In this document: piece by piece, positions 51,876 to 64,000 of the stretch
How positions within the stretch are numbered: the stretch's first letter is position 1
How the letters are laid out: every line of letters starts with the position of its first letter
NCBI RefSeq assembly: GCF_006345805.1
Contig: NC_043021.1
Span: 7,130,001 to 7,194,000, forward strand
Reading direction: 5' to 3'
Source: Octopus sinensis
Lineage: Eukaryota
Length of the DNA: 64,000 bases
Position numbers and translations under genes: made by a program
The notes under the pieces: generated by a model
What the model was told of the DNA's origin: nothing
Database searches by the model: none
The model's input: only the letters and a program-made list of their open reading frames with translations

Positions 51876-52145
51876 TAGCACTATGACCCGGCGTTGCCAG
51901 GTCATAATGCTAGTCTGACATAAAATAGAGAAATGTTTTTGTTTCACTTTTAACACGTAATACTGAAATAGTGGAGAAAATATGATATTGCAATGGGCTC
52001 GCTCTAGGCAAGAAGTTGAACATTTTTTTTCCCATGAAACTACATGGACCCTAAGTAAGGCATGTGTAAAATTTGAATGAAATTGGTTATGTAGTTCTCA
52101 AGTTTTAGGGAAACACACAGACAGACAGACACACATTCTCAGTTA
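51873..52145 (+). mobile_element. Helitron/Helentron-like non-autonomous element
   Basis: 5' ACTAG with hairpin ACTAGCACTATGACC(11 nt)GGTCATAATGCTAGT; 3' ...aaatttgaatgaaattgg...acagacagacagac; sits between (TA)n tracts. Confidence 0.6.
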
Positions 52146-52185
52146 TATATATATATATATTTTATTTTTTTCTTATGTTCTACAG

Positions 52186-52333
52186 AGCATTGGAAATGAG
52201 AGCATGGCTGGCATGGAAGATGTATTAGCAAACCCAGAAACTGAAGAAGCACTTGCAGAGTTTGATTTTTTAGTGTCTGAGAGCGGTGAAGGTGCTGGTG
52301 AAGCTCGCAGCCAAGGAGATGGCACAGAATGGG
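52186..52333 (+). CDS. STRN3: Striatin-family coding exon, 148 nt
   Basis: ttctacAG|AGC ATT GGA...TGG G|GTAAAT. Encodes SIGNESMAGMEDVLANPETEEALAEFDFLVSESGEGAGEARSQGDGTEW, closely matching recalled STRN3 TEEALKEFDFLV...GEGAGEARSSGDGTEW. Confidence 0.97.
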
Positions 52334-52394
52334 GTAAATATCATACATAATTCATCTAAAGATTCACCTCCCAACTCACGATTTTGTTTATTTG

Positions 52395-52527
52395 TGTATG
52401 TATGTATGTATGTATGTATGTATGTATGGGTGTGTGCGTGTATGTGTGTGTGTTAGTGTTTAATATTTATACATGCAATGTATTGTTGTGTATAAGTTAC
52501 ATTTATATATATATGTATGTGTGCATA

Positions 52528-52562
<35 letters not shown>

Positions 52563-52711
52563 GTGTGTGTGTGTTTGTGTGTATATATATGGATATGTGT
52601 GTATGTATATATGTGCGTGTGTGTGTATATATATATATATACGTATGTATCTGTATATATATGTTTATATATATATATATATATATATACACAGATACAT
52701 ACGTGTGTGTG

Positions 52712-52742
<31 letters not shown>

Positions 52743-52810
52743 ACACATGATATATGTATATTTATATGTGTGTATATGTATGTATGTGTATACGTATGTA
52801 TATGTATGCA
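52395..52810 (+). repeat. Compound (TG)/(TA)/(TATG) microsatellite
   Basis: Read directly. Confidence 0.95.
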
Positions 52811-53085
52811 CATCAATCTACAAGTGTGTGCTTGTGTACATGACCACATTGAAATGTTTACAGAGATATTCTTACATATAAAGGTAACTGAAGTGTTACC
52901 CTTGTGACATGCTGAGCCTACCTGAGTGTTATGTAAAGAGTACACCTGTGTCTGTAAAACACTTGGATACTTTGACCACTAATTCAATGAACAGGTTGTT
53001 CATTAGATTAAACAACTGGAAATGAGAGTCCATCATATATCTCTTCGGGTGTGTGAATATATATAATATGTGTGTTTGTGTGAGA

Positions 53086-53125
<40 letters not shown>

Positions 53126-54589
53126 TTTAGCATGTGTTTGTGTCTAAATATGTGTGTGTGAGTGTGTGTGTATCTGTGTTATACAACCACTTGTAATACA
53201 CTATAAATTGTTTTGTGAAATTATGTTATAGATATACGAATCACTCATTTACTGCATAAACATCTTGTGCATTAGAAGAGTGAATTACACAACTATAGCA
53301 TATTGTCACAGAATGATGTATAATGTATCCTGGTGATGGTATTATATAATGCTATAATAAATTCTACCAAAGTGGTGTTGAGTGCTGTTGTTTCTTATGA
53401 CATGTACACATATGCTTTTCTTATCTCTCTTTCACTCTCTATGACATGTATGCTATATATATATTTATGCTATATATGTATGTGTGTATGTATATATATA
53501 TATATATATACATACACATACACACATGCACTGTTGTACATTTATATTTGCAATGTGGTAAGATTAATGTTGCTAATTTTGTTTTATAAATGTTCTCTTC
53601 CAGTTAATTTAATGTTATTTTGTTTTCATTGTGTTAAATGAGTACCAGTGAATAGAGTGAGTTTGAGGTATGCAAAATCTAGCTACTGGGAGAGTTTCAG
53701 GTAGATTGGGTGGAGGAGTTGACGTGACCTGCAGGCTGAGTGCAATTATAGTTGTTATCTTGTTGGGGGTCTTGTTAGGGTTTCGAATTAACAATGAATT
53801 TGAAAAAAAAAAATTCATTTAGTGTATATTTCAAGTTGTTTACACTTAGGTCAACCCTGATCAAGCAAACTCATGATCAAAGTGACCATCAAGTTTTATT
53901 TTAGACATATTACATAGGTTACATTACACATTGTAACTTTCTTTTTAGTCTGATAAAATGTGATTTGAAGGTAATATTATCACTATTTCTAGCAGGACAA
54001 GTGACCACATAGGGGCTGCTTTATTTATAACACCAATGTTATTAATTAATCCTGGGTTAGCTCTGAAGTCATAGGTCTAAGATCTAGATGATCCAGAGAA
54101 GGCCATTCTAGCTTTTATTCATTATCTGTGTAGGTTTGCATTATCCAATGTCTCCTTTCTCTTGTAAGACAGGCAGGTTATATTTGTGTGAGATTTGGCT
54201 GTTATTTCTAGCAGTTCAAACAACACCACAAAGCCTCCCTCATTGGCTCAGTTGCATATTGGTCACCTCAAACACCCATGATCTGTTATATCTATTTTTC
54301 AATAGAACATGTAATGTACTCCAAGTTGTTTGAATGTACCTGACCATTTTTTCCTAACTCTTTCCAGCATTGGGTTGACCTTACATTAGCTTTGCTCTTT
54401 TTGTTTTTACTTTGATAATTAAATTTTTTGTTTGTTTTGTATGAATTTCAGTTCAGTTTGCTGTCCATATATTTCTTTGTTGTTTATTTTTGTTTTTTTT
54501 TGTGATTTACTCTATAAATTGGGAGGTAATGAAAGCCATCACTTTATATATATATATATATATATATATAAATCAAAATCAAAATCAAT

Positions 54590-55091
54590 TCGATGACTGG
54601 CATTCGTGCTAGCGGGGTGCAAAGAGCACCATACGAGTGTGATCGTTGACAGAGCAGCTATTCGAGTATGATCGTTATCAGCGTCGCCTTACTGGCACTT
54701 ATGCCTGTGCTAGTAGGGTGCCAAGAGCAACATCCGAGCGTGATCGTTGCCAGAGCAGCCAACTGGCTCCATACCCGTGGCACATAAAAGGGCACCATTC
54801 GAGTGTGATCGTTACCAACGTCGCTTCACTGGCACCTGTGCCGGTGGCATATGTAAAAAGATTCAAGCGAGGTCGTTGCCAGTGCCGCCTGACTGGCCCC
54901 CGTGCCGGTGGCATGTAAAAAGCACTCACTACACTCTCGGAGTGGTTGGCATTAGGAAGGGCATCCAGCTGTAGAAACTCTGCCAGATCAAGATTGGAGC
55001 CTGGTGCAGCCATCTGGCTCGCCAGCCCTCAGTCAAAATCGTCCAACCCATGCTAGCATGGAAAGCAGACGTTAAACGATGATGATGATGA
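54590..55091 (+). mobile_element. SINE family A with five 5' modules
   Basis: cgag(t/c)gtgatcgtt-type motif repeated five times ahead of the family A body and (GAT)n tail. Confidence 0.85.
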
Positions 55092-56042
55092 TAGATAGAT
55101 GGATGGATATTTTCAGTATTTTGGCTTTAATACTGTTATGACATGTACAGATACAGAGACACACTAAAGCTATTATGACAAGTAAACACATATGTGTCAC
55201 ACTAGCACTTATACAAGTACACCCACATTTGTACTGGTACACTCACATTAACAATTATACAGGTACGCACAAACAGGTGTTAACACTTCCATTGTAATGA
55301 CATTAGTGGAGGTAGACTGACTCTTTTATGACATGTGGAAGCACACTGACATTGTAAGGACATATACAGACATTAACACTAGTACTATTATGACATGCGC
55401 AAAGATATACACTAACACTCTTATGACATGTAGACACATACAAACATTGTTTTGGCATCATCATCATCACCATTATCATTTAATGTATGTTTTCCATGCT
55501 GGCATGGGTTGGGTGGTTTGACAGGGGCTGGCTAGTCACAAGACTGTCCCAGGCTTCACTGTCTGTTTTGGCATGGTCTTACGGCTGGATGTCCTTCCTA
55601 ACACCAACCACTTTACAGTGCACAATGTGCTTTTTACACGGCACCAGTACCATTGCTACTGCATGGCACTGGCACAAGTGCATTAAACACTGATGCTGCT
55701 TATGATGTACAGAGATGCACAGCTTATAATAATAATAATAGTGTGTGTGTATCTCTCGACATGTCATAAGTGTTAGTGTTTATGTCTATAAATATCCTAA
55801 CAGTGTTAGGGAATATCTTTATGTCTTGTGATGAGTTTAGTGTTTATCATCTTTCTATATATCATAAGTCCTATTGTATCTCTATACATGTCATGATTTC
55901 TGTTTCAAGCTTTCCTGTCTAAGATTAAAACTTGTTAAAGCTTAAATACTGAATAAATAAGTATTTCTCCAACTCCACATTGTCAAGTGGTGGTTTTCAT
56001 TCACCTTCCTATTTATTATTATGATATATACATATATATATA

Positions 56043-56080
<38 letters not shown>

Positions 56081-56798
56081 TATACATATATATATATACA
56101 TGTACTGACATGACAATGCTTTCAGTAAACTACATGATCTTTGTTTTTTCTTTTGTTTAGTTCTTTGTATAATTTGTTTAATTACTGTTCTGTTAACTCT
56201 GGTGATGTTTCTGTAATGAAATATTTACTTTTTATTTTAGTATTTGTTCTTGTTCGAGATTTACAATTCTGTCGATAAGAATCAATTATTTCGTTATTTT
56301 CATTAAATTAGTCTCTAATTAAATGATGTACTTGTTTTGAAACGGAAACATAAATAAGGCTTGTATATGTTTGGGTGTCCTGAGGAAATTTGTTCCTTAA
56401 TCTTTGTCTATATGTATATTTACATGGGTGCAGGCATAGCTGAATGGTTAAAATGTTCACTTTGCAGTCTCGAAATCTCAGGTTTGTTCTCAGTACATTG
56501 ACGCCTTAAGCAAGTGTCTTCTGCCAGATATGGCCTCCGTTAATTCAAAGTGATGAAGAAAACTTTGAAATCCTGAGCAGCTTTCCCACCATCACTGGTC
56601 TCAGAGGTTATGCAAAAGGTCATGGTATCTAACCTTTTCCCTCTAAATCAGGTGAAAAATTGTAATCTGTGTGACTGATTTACCAAATCCTAGTTTAATA
56701 ATGACCAGACATTCTCGAGCCTTTATTTAAGTGAATTATCACTTGAATTCAAAGTACTGTTGCATTGAGTTTGTCTGAGGATTACATTGAGAGTACCA

Positions 56799-57075
56799 CA
56801 TCATCATCATCATCGTTTAGCGTCCGCTTTCCATGCTAGCATGGGTTGGACGGTTCAACTGGGGTCTGGGAAGCCAGAAGGCTGCACCAGGCCCAGTCTG
56901 ATCTGGCAGTGTTTCTACGGCTGGATGCCCTTCCTAACGCCAACCACTCCATGAGTGTAGTGGGTGCTTTTTACATGCCACCGGCACAGGTGCCAGATGA
57001 GGCTGGCAAACGGTCACGATCAGATGGTGCTTTTTACGTGCCACCGGCACGGCGGCCAGGTGAGGCTGGCAACAC
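56799..57075 (-). mobile_element. SINE family A copy with two 5' modules
   Basis: (CAT)n plus the reverse complement of the body; inverted relative to 54590-55091. Confidence 0.88.
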
Positions 57076-58599
57076 AGCCTGTTGAATATTCACTCACTTA
57101 AATTATAATGATACAGGATGGACTGTATCTGTAACTTCAACCTTGTGAAACACTGTGTCATACAGTCTAAGGGTTTAGTGAACAACTGTCATTATAAAAC
57201 TCAGACAATAATACAATGAGTAAGTTGTTTTGTTCAGTTGTGAAGGCATGTGGCTTAATAGTCAGAGTATTTGCATTCCTGATCATATGATTGTGGTTTC
57301 AATTCCAGGCTGCGTAGTGCATTCTTGAGCAAAGTTCTTCATTTCACATTGCTTGAGCAATAGTTGTGAAGTTAACCCTGTGATGGACTAGCTTCCCATT
57401 CAGGAGCGAGTGTTGTAATATGAATCACTTATGTGCCATGGAAACGGGGTTATGCTCGAGCCTTATGAGTCTTGGGGTTCATGACAGACCCCCTAAACAG
57501 TTCAGTGAATGGAGCAGCTGAAAGACTTGTCATCAAAAACCAGTGCAAAATCGATCTGTATATATTTTTTACACATACAGTTGTGAACTACTGAAAAATC
57601 CACAAACATTTATTGAAAATGAGTCCATAGGTCAGAGGTCGTCGTTTTTGCTGATGTTATTGTGTTGTAGCTAAATTGTTCTATGATTGTAATTAGAATT
57701 CATGGTTCTTGTAGTCATGGCAGTATTAATTATTTTTTTCTTCTTACAACTTGTATTATTAGCTCAGATGGAAGATTTTTCATACATATATTGGTAAATG
57801 CTATTTGTTTGAAAATATTACAGTTTGGAGAGATAGTGGTGGGAGAATGTGTGTGGACACAGAAACATTCTCATCTCATACAAGTGTGATAATTATCCAA
57901 ATAGTTCATTTTTTCCTAATCAGATATATCCATCAGTGGGGCTAATTAATCTTATCACATTCTGGATATTTGTTATTGTGGATGTCTTAATGCAGAGGAC
58001 CTAAAGGTTAGCAGTTTACCCTGTGTCCTCGTCTTGTTGGGAAACTCACTTGTAGATATATTAGACTTATCTTTAAGTAATAGAAGTCGGTATTTAAGAA
58101 GTGATTTCCTCGGGGTTTGCTATCCCAAGATGTATCTGTCATGTTATCACTGATACAGTTACCTGATAAGCTATAGAGTTGTGGTTCGAATCTCATTAGC
58201 CAGCCTATATTTTGCCTCAAAAATAGTCTTTTGTGCCTGTTGTCTATTTTTTTTTTGTGTGTGTTAAAGTTTCAGAATTTGATTTCTATGGTTATTTCTT
58301 ATTGCTCACATTGAACCAAAATGGGACACTTTGTTGTATTGGACATTAATTGCCTAACCTTATCCTGTTAATATTAAGCGGTTGATAAATTATATTCTGG
58401 AGATGATATCTTGCAATTTAAATAGAAGAGTAGAAATGGAGTTGCAAATAACCTATAGTGCAATTGGCAACATAGTCACTTGGCACATAGTCACTTGGCA
58501 CATAGTCACTTGGCAAATGGCTGAAATGTAGTTACAGTCCTGTAAGTTTGCTACTCTTGTCCATCTCAATTTGTGTTTCTATGGATTATATAGATGTGT

Positions 58600-59489
<890 letters not shown>

Positions 59490-60633
59490 CCAGACTTCGT
59501 AGTTTTAACTTAAGTGTAGGGCAAGTTGATGGTAGATTCTATTTTGTTATTAAGAAACAGTTGAAGGTATAAATTGTTTGCTTGTTCTTTAATCATACCA
59601 AATGCTTTGATCAAGTTTCCTTTACAGTTGTGATGCTTAAATATCTGTGCCTTTACTTGCAAATACTCTTTAAGCAGAAGAAAAGCAAAATGATAAAAAT
59701 AATTTTTCATTTTCAATTCCGACCACGATGACAGAAAATGAAAAGAAGGAAAAATAATTGTTTATTTATTGATTTATTAATTACAATTGATTTTATTTTT
59801 TTATTGTTGCCATGCACCTTTTGTTTGATTTGTTGCTTTGTTTTGATGCTGTGTTGCCTCTAAATGTTTTTTTTTTTATGTTCTAGTTGTTTTATTTTAA
59901 ATATTCCTTGTTTGTTTATTTTTTCCCCCCTTTTTTCTTATTTGCCAATTTTATTATGCTTGATTATTTTCTTTATTTGTCTGGAATGTCTTAAAGCTTG
60001 ACTCTTTTTTTTTTTTTTTCCCCCCACCACTTTCTGTTTTTGATGATCTGAGTTCTTCCCTTGGCGAAAAATCTGTTTTCTTCTCTTTGTCTTGTTCTTT
60101 CTGTTTGCTCAAAACTGTGTTGAGAGTGTGGCAAAGCTTAGATTGAGCTAGGTTTGTAGGCAACTAGACAGGGTCATAGGCTAATTAGTTTATTTTTTCA
60201 GTGACCCATAACATGCATTAGTAATGAATGTAACAGGCAGTGTGTGGCTAAGAGTTTCTCTTCACAATCACAGAACTTCCTAATTTAACGCCACTGCATG
60301 GCATCATGTATAACTGTCCTCCACCATAACCTCAGATCAACCAAAGCCTTGTGGGGTGAAACTGGCAAGACTGAAACTGCATGAATTTATTTGGGTCCTT
60401 TAGCAGGATCCATCACTCTGCTGTAGACATTCATATTAAGTCTTTAATCTCAGGAAAACTTTGAAATTCCAAGCTTCTTCTTTCCTACCATCACTAGTCT
60501 CAGAAGTCATGCAAAAGGTCATGGTAACTAACTTTTTCCCTCTAAGTCATATAAAAGTAAAAAGTAATGTGTGTGGACTGACTTACCAAATCCTAGTTTA
60601 GTAATGACCAGACATTCTTGAGCCTTTATTTAA

Positions 60634-60855
60634 CCCTTTGGTGTTTAAACCGGCCATATCCGGCCCAAATATCCTACATGCTTTTTCATTCAAACTGGCC
60701 ATATCTAGCCTCTCACACCTAACCTACACTGACATTCTAAGAATAAACTACCATACCATTGAAACTTCAAAGCTATAAGATAATGTATGATTAATTCAAA
60801 ACAATTTGAGTGAAAAAAGTATTACATTTAACAGAATAATCTGAACACTAAAGGG
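60634..60855 (+). mobile_element. piggyBac-like MITE family P2
   Basis: TTAA|CCCTTTGGTG ... CACTAAAGGG|TTAA; an empty-site paralogue lies at 56727-56730. Confidence 0.92.
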
Positions 60856-61632
60856 TTAAGTGAATAGTCACTTGAGCTGATAAATTTGTGATGGTCTTTA
60901 TTGACAGGAATCCTAATAGTGTATTTTCGTGTGTTGTAAGTAGAGACTAGTACTTCAAACTGGGTCCTTGACATACTAGTCTTTCACTTACTCTAATGAT
61001 CCTGTAATATACTTTATGACTGAGCCTTTTGTTGGCCATCACTTAACAGACTTTAGTATTAGTGTAATAGACTTTAGGTTAAAGTGACCTGTTGATTTTT
61101 CTCACCATATGTGTTAATCTAGTTCTACTATGCATCATGTAACAGCCTACAGACGAAAAGAGTCTTTTATACAATGTCATGTTAGATTTTAAGGTAAATG
61201 CCCAGCTGTTGGTTACATATTCAAACTCAGTATTGTTGAAGGTGTCTTTGCAACTACGAGACTGTAATACCTGTGTTATATAACTGACAATTTTGCACTT
61301 GATCTACACTTAATCTTCATTGTCCTATTTCCTACTATAGACCTTACTACACACATACACACTTACACACACTGATTATAATGAGGATGGACCCTCCTGT
61401 TAGTTTTGATGTATGGGTGTCAAGTTGTTCAGTCATCTGAGCAACATACTCATTGAATTAGTGTGTAAAGTGGCTGAGTATTCCACTGACACGTGTACCT
61501 TTAACATAATTTCCAAGTACAACCAGCATGGTAATGTGAGAAGGTTGGAACACATTTGAATTACATATACAGTCCATTTGGTAGTTTCCAACTATCCAAA
61601 TTGATGTACAATTGAAAACTGTATTAAATTAC

Positions 61633-61678
<46 letters not shown>

Positions 61679-61694
61679 TAAGCACAGTCACGGT

Positions 61695-62098
61695 CACGGC
61701 TGTGTGATAAGAAGCTTGCTTCCCAACCACATGGTTCTGGGTTCAGTCCCTCTGCGGGGCATCTTGGGCAACTGTCTTTCACTATAGCTTCAGGCTGACC
61801 AAAGCCTTGAAGATGGATTTGGTAGATGGAAACTGAAAGAAGCCCGTTGTATGTGTGTGTGTGTGTATATATTTGTATATATATATATACACACACACAC
61901 ACATATGTGCATGACTTTGTGTCTGTTTTTGACCCCCACCCCACCCATCAGCACTTGATAATTTAGCAGTTCAGTGATAGAATAAGTACTAGGCTTAAAA
62001 AAAGAATAAATCCTAGAATTGATTGTTCAACTAAAACCCTTTAAGGTGGTGCTCCAGCATGGCCACGGTCAAATGACTGAAACAAGTAAAAGATAAAG
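61695..62098 (+). mobile_element. Full-length CORE-like SINE family B
   Basis: Colinear with 44476-44880. Confidence 0.85.
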
Positions 62099-62750
62099 AA
62101 TATATATATAGATATAGATATAGTTCAAATGTACAAAAACAGAAGTCAGAGATAAGTTAGGGAAAAACAAACAAGGTGCATTAGTTTGACATTCTCGAAA
62201 AATGGACAAGTTTTTGACGTTTTGAGCCAAAGCTCCTTGACAGAAAGGAATAAAGGGAAAAAAAACATGAATGCTAGCTCAATAGACGGAGTGACAAGTA
62301 GATAACACTGTAGATGTTGGCTGTGCTTCTGAGGCCAGTGGTGGTAACTATCATATATAACAAAGCACTGGGCTAAATCTACAAGACTGTTTTGTTTCAT
62401 ACTTTGTGTCTTTCAGTTTTCTGTTCAAAATTGTCTCGGTGGTGGGGATCAACTTAAGCCTCATTTATCCCAAAGTAAAAAATAGAGGTGAGGGCAAGAG
62501 AATAGATACTACTAGGCTAGGTGTTTTTCACTTGGTGATATTCCTCATCCTGTACTCTTCCTGTGAACTTACACACACACACAAAGACGCACATAGTTCC
62601 ACTTGCATTTACTCTCACTTGCATGAAGTGCCCCTTATTCTAGCCACACTAGACTCACTTGAACACTTGCACCCTTTCACATGCTTGTCCTCTGCACTCA
62701 CCAATTGACCATGTTCATTCACTCACTTTCTCTCTCTCTCCCTCTCTCTC

Positions 62751-62800
<50 letters not shown>

Positions 62801-63144
62801 TCTTTCTCACTCTTGCATTCACTGATATTTGTCATCAGACAAGATTAGGCTGACATGGCAAAATTGTTAAAGCATCAGAAAATGATAATGCCTTGTAATA
62901 TTTCTTCTGACTCTATGAGTTCTTTTAACATAAACCTTGTTAGAAACTGTTACTGTGTAAAGCAATGAATTTAGTCTTGAAGCATTTAGTTGTATTGCTT
63001 TATGTTACCATGGTGAAGTCTCCTTGAGGTCAATTTTGCCTTTCATCATTACAAATTCAATAAAACAGAGCTCATGTCAAGACTTTCACCTCCTGAAATA
63101 TGTGTCTTTTTGTGGAGTTCTTTTTTTTCTTTCTCCATCATCAG

Positions 63145-63188
63145 TCCACATCATCGTGGAGAGAACTGAGCCTTTCATGTTTCCAAGG
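63145..63188 (+). CDS. STRN3: Probable striatin coding exon, 44 nt
   Basis: Strong pyrimidine tract + catcAG|, donor AGG|GTCAGT. Phase 1 entry matches exon 52186-52333. Encodes (V)HIIVERTEPFMFPR, resembling STRN3 AEPITFP. Confidence 0.65.
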
Positions 63189-64000
63189 GTCAGTAAAATA
63201 TTTGTTGTATATTGGTACTGATTTATTGATAGTATATCCTTCCAGAGCTTGTCCTTGACTAGGAAGTTGCTACATCAGAAACAATGATAGAAAGGAAAGG
63301 AAATGAAAGAATTGAGACATTATTGTCAGAAATGTGATACAAGTAAATTGATATAACTTCTGCATCTATAGAGCTGCACCTGGAAAGTTCCTCTTAAAGG
63401 TACAGGTCTTGGCAAATGTTTCATTTGGGGTGGAAAGATGAGCAGTTTCCTCATGTAGCAAGTCTCCTCTCACCATGCTACTGATGTTGTCCAAGAAAAA
63501 GACAAGAGTCTATGAAGCTTGCTATCATGATTGATGACGTATTGCTGTCAGAATACAAAGAGCTGCAATAGATACTGCAAGACTTCTTCTGTGACTGTCT
63601 AACAATTTCACAAATTCAATGCTCTGGACTGGTATTTTATTTATTGACCCTGAAATGATGGAAGGTAATGTTGACCTTGATAGGATTTGAACTCAGGGCA
63701 TAGAGAGCTGAAATGAATATCACAAGGAATTCTGACACTAAAGATTCTGCCAATTCACTGCTAACAGGAGTAATAGTAGTCGTGTTTTGCCATATTAGCA
63801 CAAATTTTGAAGGGTAGGAGGCTGAGTCTAGTCATCTACATCAAACTCTCTGATTTAACTCTCAAATGGATAAAATGCAGTTCTGTCCCTGTTAGGATTT
63901 GAACATAGAATTTGAATGGATGTAATGAAATACAACACAAGGATAGTTTGTCTAATGTTCTATCAATTTTGCCATTCACTGCCACCAGTTTCATTGAATA

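Noticed and set aside
53652-53670. Micro-exon ending GAG|GTATGC
   Set aside because: Neither candidate acceptor gives a phase compatible with the flanking striatin exons.
59954-60163. Minus-strand Lys/Glu-rich ORF as a nested gene
   Set aside because: Reverse reading of a T-rich low-complexity tract; no splice pair or homology.

Overview
AT-rich, microsatellite- and SINE-dense animal DNA. The repeat repertoire looks octopod (inference from recognised repeat styles; no search was run). The window lies entirely inside one + strand gene, a striatin-family member (STRN3/SG2NA/Cka-like). Six coding exons are well supported (16651-16733, 34118-34193, 37600-37776, 46023-46154, 48127-48199, 52186-52333), plus a probable seventh (63145-63188). 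All have AG/GT ends and splice in one continuous frame: ...RAKYHKLKYGTDLNQDELKPPAFDKKNE-DDQLGDGESLTSNNTAWRQGRQLLRQ-YLHEIGYTDTIIDVRSAKVRSLLGL...ETEEALAEFDFLVSESGEGAGEARSQGDGTEW-VHIIVERTEPFMFPR. Together they total 733 nt, about 1% of the window. The N-terminal exons and the WD40 exons lie outside the window. The introns hold at least four SINE families, RTE and CR1 LINE 3' fragments, piggyBac-like (TTAA), hAT-like (8-bp TSD) and Tc1/mariner-like (TA) MITEs, a Helitron-like element, two Penelope-like remnants and many simple or higher-order tandem repeats. Nearly all ORFs in the supplied track are microsatellite or repeat artefacts. I found no clearly new multi-gene system. The best leads are two hammerhead-ribozyme-like motifs (one with an atypical core), dense inverted young SINE pairs (possible dsRNA, ADAR or back-splicing substrates), a possible in-frame micro-exon isoform, a 29-bp core-plus-variable-spacer minisatellite, and a filled/empty-site pair that directly shows TTAA duplication. 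All coordinates were counted by hand.
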